A stretch of DNA of 64,000 nt from Pirellulales bacterium (GTDB lineage Bacteria; Planctomycetota; Planctomycetia; Pirellulales; PALSA-1355). This document shows positions 12,023 through 23,805 of the stretch, in pieces. The position numbers were made by a program, and so were the translations under genes. Numbering within the stretch: the first letter of the stretch is position 1; each line of letters begins with the position of its first letter. The stretch is from positions 1 through 64,000 of the forward strand of contig CAVTBU010000005.1 in the NCBI GenBank assembly GCA_963733035.1, given 5' to 3'. The notes below the pieces were generated by a model. The model saw only the letters and a list, made by a program, of their open reading frames with translations. It ran no database searches and had not been told where the DNA came from.

Positions 12023-15000
12023 TTAGGCGTCCCAATCCGTTACAATTTGCACGCCTTCGACGCCGTTGTCGTAACAGGTTTTCCTAGCAAGCTCCACGAG
12101 ATGCTCATGATGCGTGAAGAACAGAACTTGGTTGCGGCCTGACATTGCAGCCAGAACCCTCAGGGCCGCAGTAGCGCGATCGTCATCGAAGGTCAGCAGA
12201 ATGTCATCCACGATGAAGGGGATAGGTTCGTGGACGTCGAACCAGTGATCGAGGGTGCTTAAGCGTAGAGCCAGGTAGAGTTGGTCCCGCGCCCCGTCGC
12301 TCATGGCTTCCACCGGCAGCGTGCCGCCACCTGATCGCAAGCCGACTAGCACTTCCTGTCCAGATTCATCGTAATCGGTTTTGAGACCGTCGAACGACCC
12401 ACAGGTGAGCTTTTGGAAGTAAGTCGAGGCACCTGCCAAGACTGGTCCTTGCGACTTCTGCTGGTATCGTTCGACTGCCCTTTGTAGCAATCGGCTCGCT
12501 ACAGTTGTGACCACGTACTCACGAGCCTCATCCTCCAGTCGGGCAAGGACCGCTTGCCGTTCATCTGCCTTCTCCGCCGCCGCCGCCGAGCCGTCGTACC
12601 GTCCCAGAACGCCTGATTCTCGCTCCTTTGCTGCGATGGTCTCTTCGAGCTCTCTTCGCAACGACTTAATCTGGTCGTCCAATTCCGCGATACTGGTCGG
12701 CAGACGATCGGAGTCTTCACGCTGCGCGTCAGCAACGAACTGCGACAGCGGTTGGCCAGCACACAGCGGCGCGAGCTGTGACTCGAGTTGGGCGAGGTCG
12801 CCTTCGAGCGTCTTCTTACGCCGAGACTTCTCGAATGCCGACGGCAGTTCGGCGACACCGCCGCAAGCGGCTTCAGCGACCATGGCGTCAAGCGCCGCGG
12901 CGCTATCAGACAAATCGCATTCGGCTTCGTCGATCGCCTCCCTTTCCGTGTCCAGGCGGTGCCGGAGGGAATTCGCCTGTTGCCGGACCTGCTTCGCGCT
13001 GCTCAATCTCTGGTTAAGCGTTGCTACGAGCTCGTCGACGGGCCGGCCCGTCAAGTCGTGGGCGACCACTTTTGCCATGTCACTCGCTGCCAGCGTAAAC
13101 TCTTTCGCGGTCTCGTCGATCCCCCAGATCCGAGTGCGATATCCGTCGGCCTCATCAAGGTTGCGGAAAAGCTCATCGAGATTTGCCAGCACTGCCTCGG
13201 CTTGTTCTGGTAGCGCGTCGGCTGCAAGCTCCAGAGGACGCAGCGATTCCTCCCAAGCGGCGAGCCAGTCGTTGAGTTCCTCTTCCGCGGTCGCCAAGTC
13301 TTTTTCGGCTTGCTGAACCTCACCACTGACACGCGACACTTCGGCCTCCAAGTTCTCGCGGATACGTTCCGTCGCGGCGACCTCGTCCACGCGGGCTTGT
13401 GCGACATGCATCAGCTGCCGCAGACTCACTTCGGTCGGGATTTCAACTGCTTGTTGCGATAGCTCGCCGGTGAGCCTCGCGCGGAGCGACATCACCCGTT
13501 TCTCGTCGCTCGCCAAGCGTTCGGACGCCGAAGTGAAGTCCCTTGCAAGTTCCACCAAACTGGCATGTTTACGTAGCCAACCTCGCATTGCTGAAGGGTC
13601 GGAAGGCTCGATGCCCGACGCCTCCCAACGCTTTCTCCAGTCGGCTTCCCAAGCAGACTGCCGCTGGTCAGCTGAGGCCAATCTTTGCTTCAACCGTTCA
13701 GCTTCATTGTGAAGAGCCTGAAGTTGTGCGACGAGCCGCGACTTCTGCGCCACGCGATTGGATTCCCGGCGAAGACGGTCCGAGATATCATCCGTCTGGC
13801 GCACACTCGGCTGCAGTGACGAGGCCAGGTCAGTGCCGTCTCCCACCTCGCTTACGAACGCCTCGATCTCGCTGATCTCAAGCGCCTCACCACGAAGCTG
13901 CTGCACCGCGAGCCGCACTCCCAGGTCACGAGTTTCGCGTCGAATCGTGAGATCTTCCTCAGTGGGCACCGATTCGGCCAGCTCCAGCGCTGCCAATTCC
14001 TGCGTAGCTTGGTCTCTCTCTGTTTCGTTCCTGGCGCTTTGCTCAGTGAGCCTCGACCGCTCGCTGAAGAGGTCCCGCGACGCCTGTTCGAACTGGTCAA
14101 CGGACTCTTCGCCCGGAGCTTTAAGCCGGCAAGCTTCTTCCATCGTACCTTCCCATAGAGGCAGCCGAGCCAATGCGTCGCTCGCCTCTCGTCTCGACCG
14201 CTCGACCTCTTCACGCTGCTCCTCTAGTCGATCCTCCACGTCTAGCAGGGCGCAGCAACCGAGATGGCGTTTTTCAGGGACAAGGGCACCTCCGTGTTCG
14301 CCCTGCCAGCCAATTGCTCCTTCAATTCGCCGAGTCGACCATGCGCCTGATCAAGCGATTGCTGTTGCCTCGCCTTCCCCTGGGTCACTTCGCCGTGACG
14401 GTTTGCTAAGGCCCTAACTCTCACCTTCTTCTCGTCGGCAAGTCGGCGTTCACCCGCTTCTTCAATGGACATCCCCCATCCCAGTTTTTCGATCGTACGC
14501 TTCGCGCATTTGCTAGTGCGGTCCGCTGCTGCCCTGCGAGCACCGCGGTATCGGCCGCCGCTTTCTCATGGCTCCCAAGCCGACGATCGAGCTCGTCGAT
14601 GCGGCTCTCTTCGCCGAGAAGCACTGTGGGCACGTCCAGCCTATCGAGTTCCGCTTTTATTTCCTCGACTCGATCTGCTGCCATCCTCTTGGCCGCCTCG
14701 GCAAGCGTCCGCTTATGGTTGGCCGCGCGGAATCGAACTTCGGCGTCTTCAGGCAAGGTGACGAGTTCAGCGAGTGCGTCAAGCTCGGCCCTCTTCTGCT
14801 TCCACGTCCCAACAAACCCCAATGCCTTGTGGAAACGGTCAAGGCGCGATTTGGTCGATTCGGTTTCGGCGAGGTTCTTCCTGATCTTTTCCTCTAACTT
14901 GATGAGTCGCCGGCGCTCCGCGTCGTGCCGCACCCACTCCTCCGGTGACCGTTGAAGATCTCGTACCTTTTCATTGATGTTCCTCAGGTCGATCAGCGCC

Positions 15001-15542
15001 GCATTGATGCGAGGGTTCCTTCCGCCCGGCTTAAACAACCCTGACGCGACATTTTCCAGCAATTGCTGCTTCTCGCGAAGGTGGACGACGCCGCCGGCGG
15101 CGAAGAGCAGCTCGCCGACGCGGCCCTCGCCGCGGACCACCTCCTCACCCCCTTCACGGAGCCGCTCGTGGTCGATGCCGAAAACCGAGGTGAAGAATTC
15201 CGCGCTCACCCCGCCGAGCATCGTCTGTAGCGATACCTCGTCGATGGGCTGATCGTCGTCGCCGTCGCGAAGTGTTGAGCGGCGTCCCTTTCGTCGCACG
15301 CACCTCAGGCGCTGCCCCTGAGCGTCGACCAGCACGCCGCCAATACGGAGCTGCGGGTTGTTATGAACGAAGTTGTCGTTCGTTCTTTCGTCTATGCCGA
15401 ACAGCAGCGCATGAACCGCACGGAGCGCCGAACTCTTGCCCGCCTCATTAGGCCCGTACAACACATTCAAGCCGGGCTGCAGTTTGAGCGTGCAGTTGGT
15501 AAAAGGTCCATATGCGATCAACTTTAGTTCTTCGAATTGCAC
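12023..15542 (-). CDS. yhaN: YhaN-like Rad50/SbcC-type coiled-coil ATPase (frameshifts about 14240-14510)
   Basis: YGPF, Walker A YGPNEAGKSS, long coiled coil, signature MSDGARDQLYLALRL, Walker B IVDDILLTFDDDR, FFTHH. Confidence 0.85.
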
Positions 15543-15545
15543 GCG

Positions 15546-16790
15546 TCACCCCATCAACTCCGCGAGCAACTTGGCCTTCGCGTCGTGGAGCACGTCTCTC
15601 CACCAATCCTGGTCAGCACTATTGACGACGTCCTTCAATTCCGAGGGGAGTTTGCGACGCAGATCGTCGAAGTCGAGCCCCAGACACTCCGCCACAGACG
15701 ACTCGTTTGACAACTCTGTCACGATGGCAATTACTTCCGCCACAGGTGTATCATCGCCTCCGTCCATGTCGCTGTCGCGTGGCTGCTCCGCTTCACTGTT
15801 GACCTTTTCGATCCACAGACAGTCGGCGCCGATGTCAACGGCAATTGCCTGGACGTTGGCGGCCCATTGCCTCGGGTTAGCAGCTAGGTCCGACGCCAGC
15901 AGCGTCTTTCCCGTGAAGAGCACGCGGGCAGCCACTAAACGCCCGTCGGCGTTTTCGACCAGGATGCGGAGTGCTTCGTCGACGCGCTGCAGGGACTCGT
16001 CCTGGGTGTCCACACCGTCTAGCGAAACGATGGCGACCTCCCAGCGGAGGACGTCCAGGGGCTGAAACTCCGCGGTAACATCATGAGCATCATCGACGTG
16101 CACTAGCAGGCAACCTTTCGCGCCAGTTTCGCGGATGTGCCGGCCCTGGATGTTTCCCGGGTAGGCGATCGTTGGGCGGCTACCAGAGAGAACCTCGCGC
16201 TGGTGAATGTGACCAAGTGCCCAGTAGTCATAGCCGCTTTCCCGCAAGCAAGTCTCTGAGCATGGTGCATAGCTGTCGTGCCCCTCACGGCCAGTCATGC
16301 TAGTGTGCAAAATTCCCAAGTTGAAGCATCCGGAGACCGGCACGGGGTAGTCTTTGGCGAGGTCGTCGGTCATGCATTGGCTGGCAAAACTCTGACCATG
16401 CACCGCGACGTCGAGCCCATCCACCAGCCGAGTTTCTGCGGTGAGTGTCGGGAAGAAGTAGACGTTCTCTGGCAGCGGCAGGCGGCGGGTTATCTTGCTC
16501 GCCGCGTCGTGGTTGCCGTGGACTCCGAAGACCGGAATGCCCGCCTCGCGTAGCCGGCGCATCTGGTAGACGAAGAAAAGCCCCGTGTCGAAGTCCGGCC
16601 AGTCGCCGTCGTACAGGTCGCCAGCGAGGACTACGAAATCTACCGATTTGCGGATCGCAAACTCGACGAGGTTCTCCAAGGCCCTGCGGGTCGCTACGCG
16701 GATCTCTTCGACCGGTGCGCCTTCATACCGGCCTAGTCCCCGCAAGGGACTGTCCAAGTGGATGTCGGCGGCGTGCAGGAAGGTGAACAT
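15546..16790 (-). CDS. yhaO: YhaO-like Mre11/SbcD metallophosphoesterase nuclease
   Basis: HAADIHLDSP, AGDLYD, GNHD, LHT and ALGHIH motifs; 3 bp upstream of the yhaN-like gene. Confidence 0.9.
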   Translation of the reverse strand: MFTFLHAADIHLDSPLRGLGRYEGAPVEEIRVATRRALENLVEFAIRKSVDFVVLAGDLYDGDWPDFDTGLFFVYQMRRLREAGIPVFGVHGNHDAASKITRRLPLPENVYFFPTLTAETRLVDGLDVAVHGQSFASQCMTDDLAKDYPVPVSGCFNLGILHTSMTGREGHDSYAPCSETCLRESGYDYWALGHIHQREVLSGSRPTIAYPGNIQGRHIRETGAKGCLLVHVDDAHDVTAEFQPLDVLRWEVAIVSLDGVDTQDESLQRVDEALRILVENADGRLVAARVLFTGKTLLASDLAANPRQWAANVQAIAVDIGADCLWIEKVNSEAEQPRDSDMDGGDDTPVAEVIAIVTELSNESSVAECLGLDFDDLRRKLPSELKDVVNSADQDWWRDVLHDAKAKLLAELMG

Positions 16791-17243
16791 ACAGAGCGCA
16801 ATCGAATCGAGTGAAATCGGACACTACATGAGAACGGCTAACGCTCGCAAATGCAACCACTGCTTATCGGCTTGCGCATCGGAAGAGAGGCAACCCCTTT
16901 CCGAGTTGCTGCCCGCGTGTCAGCGAATACGTCACCGAATGCATAATCATTCCTGCATTTAAACTGGTTATCCAATTCCAGAACAAGTAATACCCACGTC
17001 CGCGCAGAGGTCGCTTTCATCCAGCACATACCGGGCACAACCCAAGAATGCGTTGGCCCGACACGCCGCACTAAATTGCGGAACCGCCGAAGCAGCCAAG
17101 GGGGCGCGTCCTTTGCACGCAACAAGCCGACCCAATCGTGGTCTAGTCCGAAACACCAAAGGACACTTAAAGGCGTCACCCGACTCTATTGCCCAGCACC
17201 AATATGGAACCCCTTCCGCAGGTTTTTCAAAACAATTCTTCCG

Positions 17244-17945
17244 TTAACAATTCTGCGACACGGTCCATTCTGCAGCCCTCCTGACTTCCTCGACCTCATC
17301 CACAACCAGCGGTTTAACACTCGGCATCAGCATCGGTATGAGTCGGCGGTCTCGTCGAACAAGCCGCTCAAACAACTCCAGCCCGTGCATCCTGCATTTC
17401 CAGTATTGATCTCGCAGACAGCGACGCGCGAGCGGCACAAGAATCCGAAAGGATTTGGACAAGTGCTCAATCGCTTCGACGGAACGTAGCCGCAATTCGT
17501 TCGCCTCACGGTCGCCCGACGTCTCATCCAACACGGCAATTAAGTCGGGGATGGCTTCTGTACTCGCGCCGATTTTTGGCAATGCCCAGGCGACCAACGT
17601 CCGCTCATGAAGCGTCCCAGAACGAAGAAGGTGAAGAAGCTGCGGTACAACACTTCGTGCATGAAACCCGAAGTCAGCCAGAGCGACGATTGCATCTGCT
17701 CGGACATGCGGATCGGGGGCGTTCAGTTTCGTCTGAACCTCGCCCAGCAGCATCACGAATCCACCCCAAGCCCAGACAAATTCACCTCGGTGTGACTCGG
17801 CGAGGATTTCCTCGGCGATTCTGATGCGGTCCTCGCCGCCTGATGACTGAATGGACCGATACTCTTGCCAGAGCCGAAGCCGGTAGTGACCCCAGGCTCC
17901 GAACGTGCGGTGCAGTTGGGACTCAAGTTCTTGAAGACTTCGCAC
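17244..17945 (-). CDS. HEAT-repeat protein
   Basis: DPHVRADAIVALADFG, ERTLVAWALPKIG, AIPDLIAVLD and EEVRRAA repeats. Confidence 0.7.
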   Translation of the reverse strand: MRSLQELESQLHRTFGAWGHYRLRLWQEYRSIQSSGGEDRIRIAEEILAESHRGEFVWAWGGFVMLLGEVQTKLNAPDPHVRADAIVALADFGFHARSVVPQLLHLLRSGTLHERTLVAWALPKIGASTEAIPDLIAVLDETSGDREANELRLRSVEAIEHLSKSFRILVPLARRCLRDQYWKCRMHGLELFERLVRRDRRLIPMLMPSVKPLVVDEVEEVRRAAEWTVSQNC

Positions 17946-18124
17946 GACTATTTCGACCTAGCGGCTACGCATGGGGGCATCAGTAGCCAACATGAGAATG
18001 ACAGGTAGTTCGAAGCCCTGGTTCGTTGCAGGGCAACCGATTCTCGCTGCCTGCCGATCTGATAGAATGTGCTCCTGGTTTGAAAATGGCTCGCTTCTCC
18101 CAATCGATTTCTCGAGGCTAAACA

Positions 18125-18511
18125 ATGGCGAGAGTATTTCGGTCGATGCAGGAACCGGATCGCATTGGTTTGAGTTACGCCGAGACCTGGCAGGGACCGG
18201 ATCGAGCACTGATCGTTTGCTGGGAAGTGGGGCGTCGAATGCGCGAAAAAGCCCCTGAACTTGCTTCTCGCGCATCGGATGGTGAATTAGTGACTTTGGC
18301 TTGGAAAGGCGGCACAGGGAGTTTTGAGGAATCGTCCGCGGAACAAAAAGCGCCCACACGGTATGGCGTGCTGCTCTATTTGGCTACGTGGCAAGGATTA
18401 CGGGGAGAAGACTTGGACATCGACATAGAAGCCCAAACGGCTATCATCTGCATGCGAACAAAAAGGACCGTCATATTTGATCGCAGCACCGCTGTTAGCA
18501 TGGCGGAGTGA
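18125..18511 (+). CDS. Hypothetical protein
   Basis: 128-aa ORF with globular composition, ATG start, fills the gap between neighbours. Confidence 0.5.
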   Translation: MARVFRSMQEPDRIGLSYAETWQGPDRALIVCWEVGRRMREKAPELASRASDGELVTLAWKGGTGSFEESSAEQKAPTRYGVLLYLATWQGLRGEDLDIDIEAQTAIICMRTKRTVIFDRSTAVSMAE

Positions 18512-18524
18512 GCGATTCGACGCC

Positions 18525-19807
18525 TCAATCGACAGTCGCACCAATGGCTCGCCAAAACGCCATTTCAGCTATGATGCGAGTGCCGTACTCCCGTGCTTTT
18601 TTTGCTTTGCCGGAAAGCGTTTCTGGATCCGCAACAACCAGAATATCGAGGTTTTTGGTCACACTCTTTGCGCCGATCAGACCGGCGCTTTCAGCAAGCT
18701 CGATCGCCTGCTGCTTCTCAATTCGTTTTCCGTTGATCTTCCCCAACAACGTGCCGGTAAAACAAACCGATTTGCCAATCAATTCAGTCTCAGTAGACGG
18801 GCTCTTCGTTGGCGTTCGCCTTGCTTCAGCCAATACCTTTGTCAGGACTTGTTTGTCGAAGCCAAGTAGCCGTGTTACCTCGATCAAATCCTTCTTTTCG
18901 GTCTCGGTAACTACGCCATCAGCCCATGCAGCCGCAGCAAGGTCGCCTAAGTAAGATCGGTGAGCTGACTCGACTTGCTCACCCGTCAATCCGTATTCCA
19001 GGGCGCAGTTGAACAACGTCTCAGCTTCGGTGACGCTCACCAGACGATCTTCCAGTACTCGGTCGAGGAGCCCCAGATACATTGACGTGTCGGCACTGTG
19101 AGCCCCTTGACCTCCTGCGGTCGCTAGACGTGTCACGAGCCGTGCAAGGTAGTTTGGCTGCGACTTGTGCAATAGCACAGCGTCGCTGCGGCGGAAAGAT
19201 TTACCCGACGATGGTAGAGTCGGCCAGTCGTGAGCGAAACAGGCATCGTCGCCAATAAGGTCCTCAAGAGTCGCGATTCCCGTCTCTCTCGCATGAACTA
19301 AACATATCGACAGCAGTTCGCGCACGCTCGTGCATCGTGTAAGGCAGAGTGATGGTGTTCGACCTTGATGCCAAAATGGGCGCAGCAATCGCCTAAACTC
19401 CGTCCGAGAATCCCGTCGCCGAGAATCCTTGTGAGCCTCTGGGTACAAAGCATTGGGAATTGAGGCAACGTTACGCCGACACGATCGCATTCGGCGATAA
19501 GGAATCCGGTGTCAAAACGAACGTTGTGAGCCACAACAACCGCATCGGCAAGCAAGACCAAAACATCACCGATGATGTCGGCGAATTCCGGCGCAGAAAG
19601 AATGTCCCTAGCGGAAATTCCATGGATCTGCGTAGGTCCCAAATCACGACCGGGATTGACGAGGGTTACGTATTCTGTCGAGAGTTGCTGTCCAGCGTCC
19701 AGCCTGGTGATGGCGATCTCGATAACCCGGTCGTGACACTGTGGGAAAAGTCCAGTAGTTTCGACGTCGAAAACCGCAAAGTCGATCGTGTCGAGCGGAG
19801 TGCCCAT
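18525..19807 (-). CDS. DEDDh 3'-5' exonuclease fused to TerB-like and BRCT domains (frameshift near 19330)
   Basis: VFDVETTG, AHNVRFD, HHSALHDA; AAWADGVVTETEKKDL (TerB-like); GKSVCFTG...SVTKNLDILVVAD...SGKAKKAREYGTRIIAEMAFW (BRCT). Confidence 0.85.
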
Positions 19808-19901
19808 CTCACTCGCCTTTCATTGCCGTTTTGCTTACCGGGTGCTAACAAGTTAAATCGTCCGGCACCGCAGTTCAACTGTTTCGATCTTAGGTCGTGA
19901 G

Positions 19902-20213
19902 CTAATCCTCATAGGGATGCACGAGCATCACGTATTCGCCCTCGAAACCCGGCAATTTGACTGTGCTGTAGCGGCAGGCAGGATGGAGCGATTGTAAATC
20001 CTCATAATGCCCATGTGGATCGAGTGTCGGCATCTGTTCGGTCTTTCCACCAGCTTCCTCCGCGGAGACCTCCTGAACCTTGAGGAATTGAACGTGGTGC
20101 GTGCCGCCAAACAATTCTAGCCGTCCGAGCAGCAAATCCTCACCGACGCTGCCGTCATGGAGATTCTCGATTCTTAGCGTCACTTCCAAAGTCGTGGCTT
20201 TCGTCTTTGGCAT
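19902..20213 (-). CDS. Hypothetical protein
   Basis: 103-aa ORF with GAGGAG RBS and protein-like composition. Confidence 0.55.
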   Translation of the reverse strand: MPKTKATTLEVTLRIENLHDGSVGEDLLLGRLELFGGTHHVQFLKVQEVSAEEAGGKTEQMPTLDPHGHYEDLQSLHPACRYSTVKLPGFEGEYVMLVHPYED

Positions 20214-20773
20214 CAGTCACTTCTCCTCGTAGTTCTCAATACACGGTGGGGCTCGTGATGCATGTGTACAACGAATCTCCAGTTCGCCCGGTTGGGCTTT
20301 CCTGCGATGGCTGATTTGGGCGCCAGGAGTTTGCTTGTACACTGCTCGGCGGGTTGCTTTCTGGAGCCCTGCGACAGCGGGCGAGGGCTGGCGAAATGCT
20401 GGTCCTCGCCCGTCTTTGTTCGGTCGAAGTTCAGGCTGATTGAAGGAGTGCGGTCCGCCAGTTAGGATTGGTGAATCGAATTGAAATCCGACCTTGGAGA
20501 AATCCTTCCTGCAACGATCGGGGTCCACCAAAGCCCCGCGACAATTTAGAAGCTAGTACCTTCGCCGCCTCTGGAAAACTGCGACATTTCTAAGTGGAAG
20601 TCGGCGTCTGGGCTGGCTCTCCGTATGGGGAGCCACCGGACGTTGTTTCTTCCGCAGCCTGTCGCAGGGCTTCCAGAGGAGCACGCTTCGTGTGGCTCCT
20701 CTTCTTTTTGCGCTGCGTCGAATTCAGCGAGCAAACACCCCAGGTCAGCCCAGCCTGCGACGGGCTATTCCCC

Positions 20774-21865
20774 ATGAGCACACAATGGTTCTATACGGAA
20801 GATGGTAAACAACAGGGACCGATCAGTTCCAATGAACTCAAATCGAGAGCAGCAAACGGCACCATGACTCCAGATGAACTCGTTTGGAAGGAAGGAATGT
20901 CTGAGTGGGTGCCCGCTCGTCGTATCAAAGGGCTATTCACCGCCGCAACTGCTTCTGCGTCGCCACCACCATTGCCTCCGATGATGGACGGCGAGGTTTC
21001 GATGTTGCAAAAGAACGCCGCAACTTCGGAGCCAGAATCTGACGCGACACCAGACTCGACGCCAGCTCCTACTGCCGACCAAGGCGCAGAGCCCCGTCAA
21101 ACTGGCGATTCAAATTCGGCAGACGAGTCCGCTGGTGCAAAGCCCACGTATTCTGAGTCGATTCTTGGCGGCATAGTAGTGGGCATTGTCGTCTCGGTTA
21201 TTTTCTCAGTGTTTCAGCGACTGTTCTATGGAACCTGGATGGATCTGTGGTCGCTGATGACCTCGTCGATCCTCGTGGCGGGGGCAATGATTGCGCTGAT
21301 TGCAAGCCAACAACCCTCTGCCGACGCTCAGCCTGATGAGTCCGCTTCACCAGAGCCGAGTAGACATGAGGTTCTTGTTTACTCTGGCTTTGCGCTGGGA
21401 GCAGTCTTCGGTGTTTTGTATGGACTGTGGTTTGGCGGAATCGTTTCGCAGGCGTTCTACGGCTCATGCCTCGGTGCCTCGGTCGCGGGCATATCGCAAC
21501 GATTCGCTTCAGTGTCCGTCGGGCATCTCACTGGGCTTTTGGTCGTCACATTCGCAGTTCTGCACTTCACAGGATTCACGCAATCGGATGGCAAGAAGTT
21601 AGCGGCATTTCGAGCCGTAGTGAACCAGTACCACAGTTTCCCGAGTGAATATGCAACGGCGGCTGAACGTGAAGCCTTTGCCAAGGAGTTGAACCAGCTC
21701 CAGGAGCGATTTTTTGCTATCGACTTCGACCCGAAAAAGAATCCGAGTGAAGCTAAAGCAATTTGCGACCTCCATCGGTCAGAGATTGAGCACAAATACA
21801 GGGGTTACCAATACAATGTGCTGGAGGAACATGTGCGGGAGATCTATCAGAAATTCACAGAATGA
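20774..21865 (+). CDS. GYF_2 (DUF4339) domain membrane protein
   Basis: MSTQWFYTEDGKQQGPIS...LVWKEGMSEWVPA, Pro-rich linker, several TM segments. Confidence 0.85.
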   Translation: MSTQWFYTEDGKQQGPISSNELKSRAANGTMTPDELVWKEGMSEWVPARRIKGLFTAATASASPPPLPPMMDGEVSMLQKNAATSEPESDATPDSTPAPTADQGAEPRQTGDSNSADESAGAKPTYSESILGGIVVGIVVSVIFSVFQRLFYGTWMDLWSLMTSSILVAGAMIALIASQQPSADAQPDESASPEPSRHEVLVYSGFALGAVFGVLYGLWFGGIVSQAFYGSCLGASVAGISQRFASVSVGHLTGLLVVTFAVLHFTGFTQSDGKKLAAFRAVVNQYHSFPSEYATAAEREAFAKELNQLQERFFAIDFDPKKNPSEAKAICDLHRSEIEHKYRGYQYNVLEEHVREIYQKFTE

Positions 21866-22436
21866 GGTGCCACAAGTCAATATTCGTCCGGCAACAAAAT
21901 GCAGGTCGAACTTCGTTCCACTTCGGTAATGACCCGGATTAGGCGAAAGGGAGCCATCAAAGTCGCATTCAGGAAATGATGACCTGAGCTGTCGAGATGA
22001 CACCGGGCAAAATCGAACGGCAAGGCCATCCACAGACGAGAATCGGGGGCGAAGGTACCCAACTATGCCCGAGGCGGTCCTCCGTGCCTGAAATTGCCTT
22101 TAAATGAGTTTTCTCTGCCGAGCTTTCCCCCAATCTCGCCGATGCGACGTTACAGAAGGGGCTTGCGATTTCGAAGGTCGTTTCGCGCTACCTGGAACGG
22201 TCGCTAACGATAATTACAACATCCTCAACGTCTTCAAATAAGTCGGCAGTCCCCATTCTCGACAAATCTCTTCGTAATGTCAGCTTTGGACATTAAGGCC
22301 GTTCCAGAACGCCCAAATCTGCAGATCCTTCGCAATCTCCGGCGGCCACTACTCGCTGAGCTAATTCGGAGATTCAGATCTTCTTTCGTTACAGTCGGGA
22401 TTTACGTTTAAGGGACAAATCAAAACTTAGACCTGC

Positions 22437-22796
22437 CTACCCGGCAGACAGCTCAACTCGATGTCCGTCTGGATCTGCGACAATCGCTCGCCGACCCCAC
22501 TGGGAGTCTTTGGGAGGAGCCACCGAGGTTCCGCCGGCAGAAAGAAGCGAAGCGTAAGTAGCATCGACTGAAGGGACAGCGAAACCGACTCTTGTCGAAT
22601 TGGTCGGAGCCCCCTGATCCGTTAGAGGGTAGATCTCGAAGACCTGCCCAGCGGATTCGCTCGCCAGATGGATTGGACCGCAACCGTGCGAATGTCGGAC
22701 AAAGCTCAACCCTAGTGCGCAATGGAAGGAGTGCGCACGGTCGAGGTCTCGACTTCGGAGAACAATCAGGTTGCAAGTAATTGTTCCGTCGCTCAT
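22437..22796 (-). CDS. VOC (glyoxalase/bleomycin-resistance) family protein
   Basis: NLIVLRSRDLDRA, RVGFAVPSVD, WGRRAIVADPDGHRVEL. Confidence 0.9.
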   Translation of the reverse strand: MSDGTITCNLIVLRSRDLDRAHSFHCALGLSFVRHSHGCGPIHLASESAGQVFEIYPLTDQGAPTNSTRVGFAVPSVDATYASLLSAGGTSVAPPKDSQWGRRAIVADPDGHRVELSAG

Positions 22797-22811
22797 TGCT
22801 CTTTCCCCTCG

Positions 22812-23369
22812 TTATCGAGCTAACGCTGCTGGATGCGGACTCAATTCGACTGCATCTTCCAGTTGCACCCGACGAATCCTTCCGTCACGCAGTCGGACGA
22901 TGATCTGCAACTCACCTTCAATCGCTCTCACGTAGTCAGCAAGCGTGCTGACCAAGACATCTTTTCGTCGCTCGATTTTCGAAATCTCTCCTTGCTGTCT
23001 TTCAAGAATCGCTGCGATCTCAGCCTGCGACAGGCCATTTTCCTTTCGAAGCTCTTTGAGACTGACAGCCGGCGGCGGAGAAGTGAAGGTCTGCGACAGA
23101 AGCAACGAGACAATTCGGCCGTAAGCGGCCTCTTCATCCTTGTAGACTTCATCGGCACCCTCGCCAAACACTTTCTCCGGCGAGGACGAGACGCCAAATT
23201 CTTTTCCCTGCTGCCACTGCACAATCACCGGATGCTTATTCAGGGCAATGTCGAGAAACCATGCGCCTGAGGCTTTGCGTGGCCGGTCCAGCGCAAGCTG
23301 AGCGTCTGGAAAACGATCCTTGAGAGTTCGCTCTAACTTCTCAATCGGCATCAAGGGTTTGTCAGCCAT
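22812..23369 (-). CDS. XRE-family HTH protein (HigA-like antitoxin candidate) with extra N-terminal domain
   Basis: LKELRKENGLSQAEIAAILERQQGEISKIERRKDVLVSTLADYVRAIEGEL. Confidence 0.8.
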   Translation of the reverse strand: MADKPLMPIEKLERTLKDRFPDAQLALDRPRKASGAWFLDIALNKHPVIVQWQQGKEFGVSSSPEKVFGEGADEVYKDEEAAYGRIVSLLLSQTFTSPPPAVSLKELRKENGLSQAEIAAILERQQGEISKIERRKDVLVSTLADYVRAIEGELQIIVRLRDGRIRRVQLEDAVELSPHPAALAR

Positions 23370-23746
23370 CAGTCACCTTGCTCTTTGTTAATGGAGAGGT
23401 CTGCACCCCGTCCGTCCGAGCCGCATTTCTCGAAAAGTACTTTTCCGTCGACATCCTGAATTTCGATTGCCCCGTTGTCGCGAATAAACGTGTTGTGCGC
23501 CTTATGTCGGTATCGAATGAGGTCGCTTCTTCTTTCGACTTCCCGGGCATTGTCATCTTCAGGTGGATACATTCGGCCATCGGTTTGCCAATGCTCTGGC
23601 TGAAACGGGATACTGGTAAATTCGTTTTCGACCTGGTTCAGGGTGTCACTCAAGAGCTTGAAGGCTTCGTCATGCGAACTCGCTGGTGTCGACTTCTCAA
23701 GGCGGTTCAGAAACTCTTGGAAGCGTTCTGCCTTACTCAGTCCCAT
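23369..23746 (-). CDS. Hypothetical protein, candidate toxin
   Basis: DGRMYPP...RYRHKAHNTFIRDNGAIEI; stop overlaps the start of the HTH gene (TGATG). Confidence 0.6.
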   Translation of the reverse strand: MGLSKAERFQEFLNRLEKSTPASSHDEAFKLLSDTLNQVENEFTSIPFQPEHWQTDGRMYPPEDDNAREVERRSDLIRYRHKAHNTFIRDNGAIEIQDVDGKVLFEKCGSDGRGADLSINKEQGD

Positions 23747-23805
23747 CAGTTGCTAAAGCAGCTCCTCGACATCTTCGGCATCGAGAAACTGCTCCCTTTC
23801 GATAA

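Noticed and set aside
12499..14417. Long plus-strand Ser/Ala-rich ORFs
   Set aside because: Antisense shadows of the yhaN coiled-coil region.
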